Translations under genes and position numbers: made by a program
Shown here: positions 1-14,373 of the stretch, piece by piece
How positions within the stretch are numbered: the stretch's first letter is position 1
How the letters are laid out: each line of letters opens with the position of its first letter
The notes under the pieces: model-generated
What the model saw: only the letters and a program-made list of their open reading frames with translations
Told to the model about the DNA's origin: nothing
Database searches by the model: none
Source: the human T2T-CHM13v2.0 reference genome, Homo sapiens
Direction: 5' to 3' (one strand)
Assembly (NCBI RefSeq): GCF_009914755.1
Contig: NC_060931.1
Length of the DNA stretch: 64,000 nucleotides

Positions 1-1973
1 ACAACATAGTGAGTTTTTCATATGGTAAGTTCTTTAAGTGTTTTTATTACAATTTATGTCCTGCTCTTTCTCGCATGTAATAATAGTGGTAAGATTAAAA
101 AGTTGATAAAATTATGTCAGTGTGCAAAATACTTAAGTATTGATTTACTTGTATATTGAATCTAAGAAATCAAAAACTCTAGGATCAAGTGCAATAGAGC
201 ACATGTAGCATTATGGTCAGCAATATAGGAAGTCAAAATGAACCTTTCAAACAAAGCACGGAGCCCTCATAAAATCAGATTGTTGAGATACATATATTGG
301 AAACACTAGAAGTTGGAATCTGGAGGCCTTGGTTTGATTTGGGCCTGTAGGCTTAGGCTAGGACAATATGCAAAAAATTTAATCAATGATATCTCACTAT
401 CTTATGAGAACTTACTCTGGTTATAGTGTGGGGATACCAAAAAGGATCTGAGTGGCCAGGCACTTGAATACTCAGTCCATTTGCTTTTCAGGATCAGGGT
501 GAAGTCTGGATATAAAACACTAGGGTCTGAAACACCAAACCAAACTGTACAGCGAATCAAACCATTGCAAGTTGTGGTCAACTCAGATGAGTTACGTTAG
601 AGCTAAGACTGGAAATTGGTTAGTGTATGGAGTGGTAGTCGTTCCATATTGTAGCAGTTATTATGGCCATATCAGTTGCCTGAATATTATTCCTAGGTAC
701 TTACACTCCTTAAATACTAGCAGGAAGAATGCCCGGGAGCTTTAATAAGCTAACCCTAATGTTTGGTATCATCTTCTTTCCCAGATTGAATTTTGTAAAT
801 AAATCCTTAATATCAAGCATTACATGTTTCTGAAGGGAGGTCTGGCTTCAGTTTGAACTGATTCTTGTTCTGGAGGATACCATGGAAGCCAGTTTGATTC
901 CACGATTGTTAGTTGGTCTTTGAAGGATAAACTTTACCATGAATTGGAGGCCCCAAACAGACTCTGCTACTTGTAAATTACGAAAAAGTCAACTTAGTTT
1001 TTCCATTCGCCTTCTCCTCCAGGTGATAACTACACTAGCTTTGACCTCATGTTTAATAGCAAATATTTTCAACTAATCTTTTTTTCTTTATTTCTGAAGA
1101 AAAAGAGAAAAGACACTGGGAAAATATAATCTGTCCCAAAACCATGGGACTATAGCAAGACAATAAAGAGACTCCTGGGCCATCCATTCTCAATGTTTAT
1201 ACTGCTTCCAATCAAGACTATTTGTACATTTAGCTCCTTTTCACTTATCTTTGAACTGTTTGCCCTGTAGAATGCATCTTTGAAATCAGCCATTCTGATT
1301 ACTCAACACGTGTTCTGAGAAAAATAACCTCTTCACCAATGGTATAACACTCCAGGAATTGTATTACAGTCTTTAAAAAGGGAGTCAATAATAATCAATT
1401 TACAATCAAATCCCAAATGGCCTCTAATTGTTCTATGGTTGCTGGGTTGGAAACATTCATGGTCTCTTCAAGGAATTATAATGTAGTTGTAAAATACTTT
1501 AATATTCTCAGATAAAATATGTTATATCAATGCATTATAATTAAAATGCATTATTAGAGAATCTCTGTTTGCTTTTGCTATATGTAACATTTTTAATGTT
1601 TGCTATATTTAACATTTTTAATTTGCAACATATTGCTATCTCTAATTGCTCTTTCTCAGAATTACTGTATGAGATGAATGAGAATTATACTGGTGAACTT
1701 CATCCCTTTTTAATAGGAAAGGAATGGAAAATCAGAAGACGTGTTTAGATCACACAAACCAGAGGTGAAAGCTGAATCTGAGAGGCTTCTGTTTCCAGCA
1801 ATAAGGTAACATTAGAAGACCTGAAAAACCCTAGACATGCTGGACAGTTGGTTCACTAAGGGTTCAACCTGATGCTGTAGTAGGTTGTGGGGCGAGACTG
1901 AGGGCCTTTCTCTTGGTAAACTGGAAGCCTGGTTTTAACACCCACAAAAGGACAGTAGATGACATATTGGGCC

Positions 1974-2358
1974 TGTTATGACCTAAATATTTGTGTCCCT
2001 CCACTCAAATCCCTATGCTGGAGCCCTAACCCCCGGTGTGATAGTATTTTGAGATGGGACCTCCTTTTCCCAAAGTAATTAGGGTTACGTGAGGATATGA
2101 GGATGGGGCCCTTATGATAGGATTAGGGCCCTTATAAAAAGAGACGTTGGTGAACTTGCTCTCTAGTTCTCTCCACTATGTGAGGACATAGTGGGAAGGA
2201 ACAGTCCACAAGCAAAGAAAAGAGCCCTCACCAGAACCATACTATGCTGGCATCCTGCTCTTAGACTTCCAGCATTCAGAACTGTGAGAAAACAAATGCC
2301 TTGTTTTTTAAGACACTGGGTTCATGGTATTTTGTTATAGCAGCTGAGCAGACCCAAG
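1974..2358 (+). mobile_element. MaLR solo LTR (MLT1A/MST-type)
   Basis: Starts TGTTATG...atttgtgtccctcc; contains gtgatagtattttgagatggg and the MaLR 3' end cagaactgtgagaaaacaaatg...tggtattttgttatagcagc. Confidence 0.85.
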
Positions 2359-2399
2359 TGTGCCACATAAAGCTGATGCCCTGAAAGTATTGCACTTTT

Positions 2400-5060
2400 A
2401 ATCTAAGAGTGCACTACGAAATAAATTTGATCCCTAGCCAAGAAAGACAACAGATACATTTATTTGTTTCTGCCAGGGTTCTGGGTGAAGAAATCAAAGC
2501 AAAGAGTTACCCCCGATAATCTAATACCACAGATCTGTGCCTCAAATAGGTTTAGAGCTTGAATTTAGTCTACTCAAGTAGGTTAAACCTTCAATCCCAG
2601 GTTGAGAAATTAACATAAAGTTGTTATATTAATCCCTAGGCCAATAATACCCCAAGCTCCTGACTGAAACCAAACACTCTGGAGGGACACTCTCACATGC
2701 AGGCCAGAAGGAATTTGAATAGAAGGAAACAGGCTAAAGAAGAGAGCTCATGGCAAAAATTACAAACCATACAAGGAAGGCATTCACCACAGTGAGAGTG
2801 AGTAAAAACAGCAGAATTACAACCTAAAACTTGAGATAATATGACGACAGTCTGAAGCAGAATATAACAGAAGTATGCTTAAACTAAGTAAGACGTGAAA
2901 GAATTGAAACCCTAAAAAGGAATAAGAAAATATGAAAAAAAAGAGAAACATGCAGGCACATTGGAAAAAGGAGAATAGGAAAAACAATAGCAGATAAAAA
3001 GTTTTAAATTGACAAAGAACAGATTAAGCAGCTAAATAATTGATGAACTGAAAGCTCTACCTGGGGATATTAGACAGCGTATTGCACTGGGAAATTGTGA
3101 CATGGAGAAAGGGAAATTGATTAAGATTTAAGAAACATGGAAGGTAGAATTAGAAGGTCCCTGCACCCCTAATAGGCAGTACAAAAGAACAGAACAGAAA
3201 AAATGGGAGAGATATAGTCTTGAAAATTCTTGTAATAATTTTCCAGAAGTGGCAAAATGTATAAATTCATCAAATCAAGAACCACATCATTTTCAAGAAG
3301 GATAAATAAAAATAAATCTACACCTAAATACATCACAGTGAAGCTGTGGAGCTTAAAATCTTAAAAGCAAACACAGAAGTTACTTAACTAAGAAAGCCAC
3401 AACTATTAGACAAAAACAAAAAACTTTTCAATAGCAAAAATAGAGAGGAGAAAGTAGCGAAAGAATGTATTTAAAGGGCTAAGGAAAAGTAACTGTCAAC
3501 CTAGTTTATACTCAGCTAAATTGTTATTTAAGAACCTGTTTGAAACAATGACTAAAAACTTTTTTACTCAAAGACCCTTGCTAAAGAGAACTAGTAAATG
3601 ATGTGCTCCATAAAAAAGGTAATAAAATTCATGAAGGAGTGGGATAAAGGAAGCAGTGATGAGCAACCACATTTATAAACATTGGTATCTAACTAAGCAT
3701 TGCAATGACAATAGACAGATTTGAAAATATAAAAACAGGATGGAATGAAAACACTAGAAAAGAATAGAAAGTTAAAAAAATCAAGTTTGGAGTTAAAGCA
3801 TTTTAAAATCCTTTTAATTGTGAGAAAAAAGGTAAAATATTGATTTAGTTTAGGCATTGTTATATTGACAATTCACGTTAAAAGTTCAAAACACTACTAA
3901 AGGAAGAGAAATAGAATATATAACTTTTAAACCACAGACAGCTGATGGATTAAAAAACTGTCAATTAAATAGAATCCTAAGAAGAAGGAAAAAAGTATGC
4001 TAAATAGAAAGAATAAGATGGTAGAAATCAATCCAAATATATTCATAATCATAATAAATGTAAATGATCTAAACTCACGAATTAAAAGAACATATTCAAA
4101 TGAATTTTTAAAATATCAGCTCTGCTGCTTATAAAAATACACTCAAAATACAACACAGAAAAAAAGTGAGAGAAAAATTATTCCAAGAAAACAATAACCA
4201 AAAGAAAGCTGGTATAGCTACAATTCATCTGACAAAATGTCTTTAAGTAAAATTTAAAATATATTTATTAGGAAAAAAGCACACAAGATACAAAAATTCT
4301 AAACTTAAAAACAATAAACCTAAATAGCTGGGCATGTTGGCCCACACCTGTAATCCCAGCTACTCAGGGGGCCAAGCGAGGCATGAGAATCACTTGAACT
4401 TTAGAGGTGGGGGTTGCAGTGAGCCAAGATCACGCCACTGTACTCCAGCCTGGGCAACAGGGTAACACTCTGCCTCAAGATATTAATAATAATAATAATA
4501 AACCTAAAATAATAAAAAATTGATTAAATTACAATGAAATATTGACAAATCCTCGATTATATTGTAAGTCTTTAATATAATTATTTCCATAATTAATGAA
4601 TAAAGCAAACAAAAATAGTAAATATTTGAAATATATTTCAGAAAAATTAATGAGTTTGATCTAATTTACTTATAGAAGAATCCCATACCCAAGAGTTAAA
4701 GAATACACATTCTTTTTAAACACACGCACATCATTTACAAAAATTCACCATATAATGGTTCCAAAACAAGCCTTGACAAACACCAGTGGATTTAGAGACT
4801 ACATCATGCAGATGATATTCTCAAATCACAATGCAAAAAGATGAAAAGTAAATGTCAAAAAGTACTAATCCTTCTGTTTAGAAATTTAAAAACATACTTC
4901 AAAATAATTTATGGATCAATGAAGAGACTGTTATATCAAAACTTGTGAGTTTAAGCTAACCAATCTTTAAATGCATTGATGACAAATATTAGGAAAAACG
5001 CAGATTGAGAATTAAGAACCTATGGAAATAGAAAATTTTTTAAAAATGCGAGTTTATACT
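2400..5060 (+). mobile_element. Old degenerate L1 (L1M/L1ME-type) ORF1 to ORF2-endonuclease remnant
   Basis: A-rich; L1 hallmarks aaatctacacctaaatacatcacagtgaa, aatgtaaatgatctaaactc, aaagaaagctggtatagcta, gaatacacattcttt; no intact ORF. Confidence 0.75.
4325..4497 (+). mobile_element. Alu right-arm monomer (FRAM/AluJ-like)
   Basis: tagctgggcatg...tgtaatcccagctactc...gcagtgagccaagatcacgccactgtactccagcctgggcaacag; (AAT)n tail; TSD aataaacctaaa on both sides. Confidence 0.9.
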
Positions 5061-5259
5061 GATTTATAAAAAAGAAAATAAACTCTCTGTCTAATATTAA
5101 AGTTAGGAGAAAAAGAACACTTATAAGTTAGCATGCAATGTAGGAAAGATGAGCTTCTAGTGTTTTGTAAATTTGAAGCCTTGATTTATCCCTAATGGAC
5201 AACTAGGGGCACTTGACCCACCCCCTACACTGCTTAGTGGTTACCCACGAAAGTCAAGC

Positions 5260-5365
5260 TGCTTTGGAATTCCGATTCTATCACTTACGAGACATGCGGC
5301 GGTGAGCACATTGTTTGACTTTCCTGGGCCTTTAAGTTTTCCAATCTGTAACATGGGAATCATAA
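5260..5365 (+). mobile_element. MIR fragment
   Basis: Degenerate MIR core: ...tcacttac...tgactttcctgggcctttaagttttccaatctgtaacatgggaatcataa. Confidence 0.6.
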
Positions 5366-6439
5366 AACACAGGGAGCTCTCATCATCCAAGTATTTATTG
5401 GCCAAGCTTTTATAGGAAAATAAAAATAATAAAATGTGTCATAATTTGAAAACCTTGACTCATGAATTGACCGCTTCAGTTGAATCCCCCACTCAAGCTC
5501 CTTGACTCTGCCTAGCAATGTCTGCTTTGATCAGACTCTCACTGACCGTCCAACACTGGAAACTGCATTTTGTGAAAATGGTAATGATCATTAAGAATAT
5601 AATTAAAATGAATGTAAAACAAAAATGTGAACAGAGCAACTAACGCAAGGTGTCACAAACTCAATAGAAGTGGAGAAATATCTGAATCACACACAAAGTC
5701 ACTTCATGAAAAAAACAATTGACCAGAGCAATGACATGATAGGCATTTCAAAGGAGACTAAATTTCATATTGGAGTTCCGAGGAAAATAATGAAGAACTC
5801 AAATTTTGGAAAATCACAATTTGAGTTCTTCATGAAAATAAAGATCAGAATTTTTTATGATCTTGTTAAAAACTTCCTCTTTATGATCTTTTAAAAAATA
5901 CGAACCTAAAGAATATTGTATTATGCAATCATGTAATTTTCTTGGTAAAAGTGTGTGTTCCCCCCAAAAACATCCATTTGAATCATTCTTTGTTCATTTT
6001 AAGAACTAGTACAAGTTGTAGTTACAATGTGTGTGTATGTATTGCTGATGTAAGATAAAATAAATGTGTGTTATAATGTTAATCATTTTTAAAAGATATG
6101 CTCTAATCAAACTCTCCCCACCTCCAACCCACAACCACATACACACAATTTACTATGAAATCAAGGTTTCTGTTTCAAGTGGGATTTTTTTTAACCTAGC
6201 CTTTCCCAACACCAATTATATTTGGATAAGGAGGACTTCATGGACCTATGTATGGGATTACTGTCAACCTTAGTTGAGATAATTTATGTGATTACAGTAT
6301 GCCTGGACCATAGTAATCATTCAATAAATATTAGCAGTTAACCATCCTGGGCTATGTTATGAATCTAAAACTTTAAAAGATCTCCATGCAAACTCTCATT
6401 GTTGCCCAGTGTTGTCCTTCATAAACTCCAGAGCTGATC

Positions 6440-6885
6440 CAAATAAAACTCTTCTCCATTTTCCACACATCTCAACACACTTCACTTCCTGCTCTTTGCC
6501 CCAGATAAACTTTCCTGGATTCTGCATGTCCAGATCCTTCAAAGTCCAACTCAAACACAACTTCTTGCAAAAATCCTTTTCCAACACCCATTTGAAATAA
6601 CCCCTTTTCCCTTGTATTCTCTATTCTCAGAGCAATATGTATACTCTGTGATAGGACTTACCACTTTTTCCTTAGAAAGTGTTTTTCATGTCTTGATTTC
6701 CTTAGTAGGTTGTAATCTCTACTAAGAGTAGGTCCTCTGTTTGTGTTATGTTAATATCCTCATAGACTCTTTCACTCTGACTTGCATATAATATCCATTC
6801 ATCCACACATTTATCCACAAACATTTATGGAATGCCAAAAATAGTTGGTTCTTAATAATTGTATGTTCATAAAGTGAATGAACAA
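6440..6885 (+). mobile_element. L2 3' fragment
   Basis: ccttcaaagtccaactcaaacacaacttcttgcaaaaatccttttcc; ends in an L2-type gtgaatgaa tail. Confidence 0.55.
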
Positions 6886-7957
6886 AAGATAAGGCAGTTT
6901 ATTAAATGAGCATAATAGGAAACTTTCTTTCAGCTTGCCCAGAAAGATTCCCTTCCAATCTTTTCTGAATGATAAGAACACACAGGATCCTAGGTATATG
7001 CCCTTCTGGAGATACGCTCGAGGGGGTAGCATGTGTTATTCATTACATCACATATAACCTTTTCAAATTTACAATCAATCTTGCTTGGAAGTCTGGTGTC
7101 ATTTAAAAAGCACGGCAGTGTGCTGGGAGGAGAGACAATCTGAGGAGGCTACAGTCTGTGAATCCAAATACCCTATTTAAAGATCCAAACATGAAGAAGG
7201 AGGATGTACTAAACACATCATTTTCCTTCCAAGTGATTGAAAAGGGATGGTACATTGAAGTTTTGTTGGGTTTCAATGCACTGATTTCTTCCCTACCTGT
7301 TTTTCTCAGGTTTGTCAGGTACTTAAGAGTCTATTTCAAATTGCCTGCAGACTCTTTTTCTCATGTTTCTTAAAACTATTTGTGATTAAATCACCCACAT
7401 TGTCCTCTAGGCTCTAATGATTCTCTTCCCGTGAAATCCTGTTTTTTTATTTTACTTTATTCTTTTTATCACATCTTTGTTTTCCACTACACTGCTTGCT
7501 TTTAGTATTCCCATCAATTTTTCTGTTTCTTGATTCTCCATGCACTCTCATATTTGTTCACCTATCTATTCGCTCAGCATATAGTTTCAGGGTAACTTTC
7601 AGGGTTAAACACCATGCTGGTCAGAGATAGGATTCCTGAATTTAGAGGGATCACAGTCTAAAGTAGTGATGGAGGACTGGAAAATAGAAATAATGTTATG
7701 TGACATAACAAGCGAGCACAGGATAACACCATGCATATAATCATACAGGCATCTCTATAAAAATGCTGAAGAAGTGTGCTCCATTCTTCATTCTCTAATA
7801 AATATGGAGTAAAATTAATAGCTAAGGATTCTTGGAAGAAATTAGTATTAAACTGTGATTTAAAGTAAACAATGAGCGCAAAGAGGAATTCCAGGTATCC
7901 CAAATAAAATAGCAGAGGTGATGGGATGTTTCATTGCAAAGATGCCTGATTGAGAAC

Positions 7958-8130
7958 AGTTATTTCTCAAAGTGCCATCTATGGACCAACTGCATTGGGA
8001 TCATTTAGACTGTTTTTAAAATCACATACAAGTGAACTTCACCCCCAAATCTATTGAGCAGGAATCTCTGGAAGTAGCTAAAATCTGTCTTTAACAACTA
8101 CTCCAGATTATTTCTAGGCCTAGCAAAGGC
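7958..8130. mobile_element. MER5A-like hAT-Charlie MITE
   Basis: agttatttctcaaagtg...gaccaactgcattgggatcatttag...ctattgagcaggaatctctgg. Confidence 0.65.
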
Positions 8131-8249
8131 GGAAAACATTGCATAGAGATAGGGGAAAATTAGCAGGTAACAGGCAGATTGGTTTGGGTGATGCCCACGA
8201 AGATGAGATATAAGTAAAAGGTCAGCTGGGAGGCCCAGACAGTTAGTCT

Positions 8250-8383
8250 TATTATTAGGTTGGTGGAAAAGTAATTGCAGTTTTGCCAAAGTAAAAGTAA
8301 TTGCAGTTTTTGCCAAAGTCCTATTATTAGGTTGGTGCAAAAGTAACTGTGGTTTTGGCAATTACTTTTGCACCAACTTAATA
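8250..8383. mobile_element. MADE1 (Hsmar1 MITE), composite with duplicated left arm; miR-548-type hairpin
   Basis: TIR ttaggttggtg(c/g)aaaagtaa at 8255 and 8327; inverted copy ttacttttgcaccaacttaa ending ~8381. Confidence 0.9.
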
Positions 8384-8884
8384 TTACGTATCTTCTATGG
8401 TTTCCACTGGAGAAGTGAGTGTTAGCATTTTGGTGTGCTACTAGGAACCAGGCATGGTGCTGGATATTCACCAAATGAAATAAAATGTATTTCTCAAGAC
8501 AATCCATCTTCTATGTTTCTACACCTGGGCTGCTGAGGACTATTACAGAAAACCATAGAGCATGCAGATTGATTTCATTGCCAGTATGCACTCTTTGCCC
8601 CATTTAAGCCCTCAACATTGGCCATCCTGTATTTCTCAAGCCATCTCTTTCAACTCTTTACCCCAGAGCTATTGCAAACTTTCTCCATTCTCCTGAAATC
8701 TCCTACTGTACTGCCTCTCTCCTAATTCTTGGTAAGTAAACTTAAATACTACTTTACTAAGGGAAAGAAGCCCTTTAGGTAGGACCCTCAACTTCCTTCT
8801 GTCCTCCCTACAACATAGCTGATCTACACCCAGCCTCATTACCCACCCATTCTCCTGCCTAGATTTAATCCTTCCAACACGTGA

Positions 8885-9338
<454 letters not shown>

Positions 9339-9667
9339 TAAAAAAAAAAAAAAGCAACAAAAAAGATGCCCTTCCTTACCTGTTCAGGTACGTGGTTTCT
9401 TCAAATGTTCCTGTGTCTTCCCTAAATACAAACCTACTTTCTCTGCTGGATCCTCTCAACCACATCTAAACATTTAAATCTCTCCCATTCTAAATCAACA
9501 TTCAAGCCATTTTTAAAAACTGCCCTATAACCTCTTATCTCCAGGTAGTGAATGATTTATGCTCTTTTCCTCTACAAAGCCAAACATCTTCAAAGACTTT
9601 CTTATATTCTATTTCTATTTTGCTTCCTTTATTTCTCAACACACTTTTAAAAGAGATCATTAGCTGT

Positions 9668-10161
9668 TGTCCCCTATCAAGTCTTCCTCTTTTTCATGGT
9701 AATAATACCCTAGCATTTAGCCAGGCACCTGACTGTAAAGACGCTAAAGACTGTAAAGGCACTTGAGTAAATATCATTTTCTAGCTTCCCTTCCAGTTCT
9801 GTGTGCCCATGTTTCTAGGTTCTGATTGTTGGGATGCTAATGGAAATGATATGTGTATCTTCCGAGAAATTATCTTAAATGGAGAGAGTATAACCTTCTT
9901 GTTTCTTACCTCTTTTCTTCTGGTGCAATGTGGATGAAATGCTCAAATGCCACCAGCCAACATGGACCATAAATTAAATTTGGAATGGAAGCCACACATG
10001 ACATGGGAACAAGATGGAAAACTTTAGGTAATAGAAACAATGGAATGCCATTCCAGACTGAACCGACATCCCTAGGCTTCTAGGACTTGAATGAGAAATA
10101 TATTTCTGTCTTATTTAAGCAATGCTTTTAGAGGCTGTTAGTATCAAAATCCTAACTAATA
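9668..10161 (+). mobile_element. Old MLT1 solo LTR
   Basis: cttcctctttttcatggtaata...tttctagcttcccttccagtt...atttctgtcttatttaagc...aatcctaactaata. Confidence 0.7.
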
Positions 10162-10323
10162 TTCTATAGCAATCTGCCAATCCTCCTTCACTTTCCCCAC
10201 TCCCAATACTGTTCAAGTTATCAGTGGTATTTTTTGCCACTCCTCAAGGCACATAAAACCATTGACAACTCCTTTTGTTTCAAACACTGTTTCCTTTGGA
10301 CTTCCATGACACCACATTACCTG

Positions 10324-10326
<3 letters not shown>

Positions 10327-10381
<55 letters not shown>

Positions 10382-10672
10382 TTTTTTTGAGATGGAGTCT
10401 TGCTCTGTTGCCCAGGCTGGAGTGTAGTGGCATGATCTCGGCTCACTGCAACCTCCGCCTCCCAGGTTCAAGGGATTCTTCTGTCTCAGCCTCCTGAGTA
10501 GCTAGGATTACAGGTGCCTGCCATCACACCTGGCTAATTTTGGTATTTTGAGTAGAGATGAGGTTTCACGATGTTGGTTCCAGGCTGGTCTCGAACTTCT
10601 GACCTCAAGTGATCCACCCACCTCAGCCTCCCAAAGTGCTGTGATTACAGGCGTGAGCCATTGTACCCAGCC
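10327..10672 (-). mobile_element. AluS (Sx/Sz-like) with poly(A)+(TA)n tail
   Basis: Full dimer; tail contains a (TA)n microsatellite at 10327-10363; TSD attacctgga. Confidence 0.95.
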
Positions 10673-10724
10673 ATTACCTGGATTTTTATCCAAACTCTCT
10701 TTTGTCTTTACTCCTTAAGTCAGA

Positions 10725-10875
10725 GCTTAACCATGATCACCTGGGAGCTTTGGAAAAAATACTGATGCCTGGGTCTCAATCCCAGAGTTCTGATGTCATT
10801 AGTTTGTGATGGGGTCCTGGCATGACTATTCTTGAAAAGCTCCCCGTGATTCTAGCATCCAACCAGGGTTCACAA
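10725..10875. mobile_element. MER5A/B-like fragment
   Basis: atcacctgggagctttggaaaaaatactgatgcctgggtc...cccagagttctgat...aaagctccccgtgattct. Confidence 0.7.
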
Positions 10876-10919
10876 TAATAGCCTTAAGGATTGCTTGGTG
10901 GAAGACCATTGCAGAGTCT

Positions 10920-11700
10920 AGACTCTTATTTCCTGCTCTGCACATTCACCTTGACCAATCTCATCTACTTCTGGTTTCAGTTAGCATTTACATGCCGATG
11001 ATTTTCAAACTAATATCTCTCAGCTCTCTCTGTTAAGTATGACCCATATACGTAACAACCAATTGGACAACTCCAATAGATATGTCATTAATATCTCATG
11101 ATGATCATATGTACTATATTTTTCATTATTTCTTCCCACTCATCTAAAAAATTCTTGTTCATCTTCTGTGTTTATTAGAATAGTACTACTATCCACATAG
11201 TTGTAAGAGCTAGAAATTTCAGATTCCTCTCCAATTCCTTTAAGTCTCCCTGTCTAATCAATCATTACACTCAGTTTCAACATTTTAATATCTCTCACAT
11301 TTATTCACTTCTTTTCATCTCCATTGCCATTTCCTGGTTGAGACTACCATTATTTCTTGCCTGTACAAGTTTCTCCAGAGTCCTGCTTCCTCCCTATTCT
11401 TCCTCCACACTGCAGCTGGACTGAACATTTAAGAACATGCATCCAGTTATGTCACTTCTTTGTCTCAGATCCTTCAGGGGTTCCCCCTTTGCTTTGGGAT
11501 AGAAGCCAAAGGCCTTTGCCTGACCACCAGATGCTGCCTGACATTTCCCTGTCTTATCTCCTCAAACTCATGGCTCACCATTCCTCTCCACACCATGCTA
11601 CTGTATAGGTATAGGGAACTGTGTGTAGTTTCCCAAATTCATGTGTTCCTCCATGTACCCACCCATAACTACACTGAAATGTCCTGCCTTTTCGTCCAGT
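10920..11700 (+). mobile_element. L2 fragment
   Basis: Pyrimidine-rich L2 ORF2/3' signatures (catgccgatgattttcaaac, ccacactgcagctggactga, atgtcacttcttt, gatagaagccaaaggcctt). Confidence 0.65.
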
Positions 11701-12835
11701 TCACCAAATAGTTTTAAACCTTCCCTGTGTGTAGGGAACTCTGTCTTGATCACCACTTGTATACATAGGCATTTACACAATGTCTGGGGGTATAGTTGGC
11801 ACTACAACACATATTACTGGCTACCTACTATGTTTCAAATATCATGGGGCTTACATCATGGTAGATTAAATGTTTGGTGATTGGGAAATAGATCCTTAAT
11901 TATTTTATTATATATCGATAAGCTCAGAGAGGTTTAATAATTTTCTAAGCATCAAAGCAAAAAGATGAGACTGAGGCTAAGTTTGATGTAGGTTGGCTGG
12001 CTCCAAAGCTCTTGTTCTTTCCACATTAATATGTTATACACACAGATGCTTTGTGAAGAGGCTATAATAAAGACGACATTTACAGTAGATGCCTCTGATA
12101 CTTTGAAATGTTTCCTAGGTTATCATTGGGATTTCCTGGCTTTTCCAATCAACCTATGGCCTCTAACAAGCTCACAAAACAGCAGGCTGAAGCTATGTTC
12201 ATCTAAAAGCAAAACATTTGGTCAATTAAACCAATTTAATAAAAAAACTGAATTTATTGGAAGGACAGCAATTTTCTTCTTGAATAGTTAGTTTGGCATC
12301 ATGTGGGCAAAGCATTAAACTCTGGAACGTTTTTTCTTCTCCCGATTTAAATTTGGAATTTGAAAGTATGGCTTTCCTTGTGCTTCCTTTCTTCAAATTA
12401 TGCAGGAGAGTAACTGTAGGTCTCAGAGACAGGTGCCTATAAAAGCTAGGTCAGTAAAGCAAATGAATGGACAAGGTTGTGTCCGTTCAATAACAGGTGC
12501 ATGAAGACAAATGTATGTTGTGGTAATGTTAAAAAGGAATACAAGACTATGAAGGGTGGAAGAGGGAGAGATGAGTGTTGCAGAAATGTTGACTGAAAAG
12601 GAAAAAATAAAGACCAGATTTTAGGGAATAGAGCAGAGAGGGCAAAGAAATTTCAGTGAAGACCCTGCTTCCACTGGGTTCACGTAGAAGGAGAAAAACA
12701 CTCCCTCTTGAGGGTGACAAGGTGACTATGGCAACCATCTTGAACCGGAACCAGGCCTGAATTTATTAACTCTGTGAGGAGTTTGCACTATAGGTTGAGG
12801 AACGACAACCAAATGGATAGAAAAATCTATCCTAA

Positions 12836-13114
12836 CGCAGGAATAGAAAAGCAAATACTGCATGTTCTCACTTATAAGTGGGAGCTACATGATGAGAACA
12901 CATGGACACACAGAAGGAAGCAACACACCCTGGGGCCTGTTGGGAGGTGGAGTGTGGGAGTAGGGAGAGGATCAGCAAAGATAGCTACTGGGTATTGGGC
13001 TTGACACCTGGGTGACAAAGTGGTCTGTGCAGCGGACCCCCATGGCACAAGTCTGCCTGTATGGCAGACCTGCATATGTACTCCTGAACTTAAAATAAAA
13101 GTTAAATTAAAAAA
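12836..13114 (+). mobile_element. 5'-truncated L1 3' end (L1PA-old/L1PB)
   Basis: caaatactgcatgttctcacttataagtgggagct...cctgaacttaaaataaaagtt plus A-tail; degenerate TSD aaaa(a/g)tctat(c/t)ctaa. Confidence 0.9.
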
Positions 13115-14354
13115 AGTCTATTCTAAGAGGAATTAGTCTTGTAAGTAGATCATCCCCACACCTCCATATGAGCTGCTTGCCCCAGAATCACACATGGTCA
13201 TGAGTCAGCATCTGGGAGGGAAAACAACAGCCCCCGGACCAAGAAGGTATCACTGTCCCTTAGCACAGGGGCAGAGGGAGAGACTGACCATAGTTGCTTT
13301 CTGGAGATTTTCATGACCTAGAGGCAAGGCCCCAGAAATCTGGAAGCTAAGTGTTCTTAAAATATCTACATAAACTTATTAAAAAATCACCAGTTTTTCT
13401 TTAAGCCCGATAGTGTTTGGTTTTCAGACACTTGCAATTGTAAAAGTCCTCTGACTTTTTCAATTGTCTCTTATCAACTTATGAAAAGTTGCTCGAGCTT
13501 GCTCAAAACAAGAGAAACAAATTAAAATGAAAAGAGATGCCATTTTCACCTATCTGATTTGAAAAGATCTAAATGTTCAATAACAGGCTATGTTGGCCAA
13601 GCTGTGAGAAAGTGGGTACGCTCATACACTGTCGATGAAATATAAGCTGTTTGCAATGTTTATGAAGGGCAATGTGGGAATATTTATTAAAATAAAAAAT
13701 TCATGGACTAAACCCAGGAATTCTACTTCTAGAAATTTATTCCACAAATATACTTATACATGTGAAAAATGCTAAATATATGAGGCTATTCATTATAGTA
13801 TTGTTTATAACAATAAAAGATATAAATGAGCCTAAATGTCCATCAAGAGAGACTGGTTAAATGAAGTATGGTACAACCACATGGTGGAATACTCTGATAT
13901 ATGTTGTTTGGTGAATCAATTAATTTTGTGCTACCACTTGTATAAAAGGAAGGGGACAGAAAATGTTTATTCAAATATATGTCAATCTCTGGAAGGACAT
14001 GGAAGAAAATAATGAGTGGTTACATATTTGGGAAGCAGGCATGAGGACTTACCAGATGAGACAAAGTTGAAAAGGAGCTTTTTGTTTTTGTTTTCACTGA
14101 ATATTCCCTTATTCTTTTCATATAAATTTATTCCTTATTTTTACAAATCCAATAAATTTATTTTAAAGTAAGTAACAGAGTCCTAACTGATTTATTATAA
14201 TGATAAATCACTAAACACATGTGTAGAGATCCTGGCACTGACCTGTTGGCTGCGTACATTGACACATCAAACTTCTTTGCCTTCCAGAATTTCTGATCTA
14301 TTGCAGCTTTGAAAGATCAGGGCTGTAGTGCTCAAAAGAGATATTCCATGATTA

Positions 14355-14373
14355 AAATGGCCCCTACAGGACA
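14355..14373 (-). promoter_or_regulatory. Conserved core motif copy 1 (CTCF-like / splice-acceptor-like)
   Basis: Minus strand TGTCCTGTAGGGGCCATTT. Confidence 0.55.
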
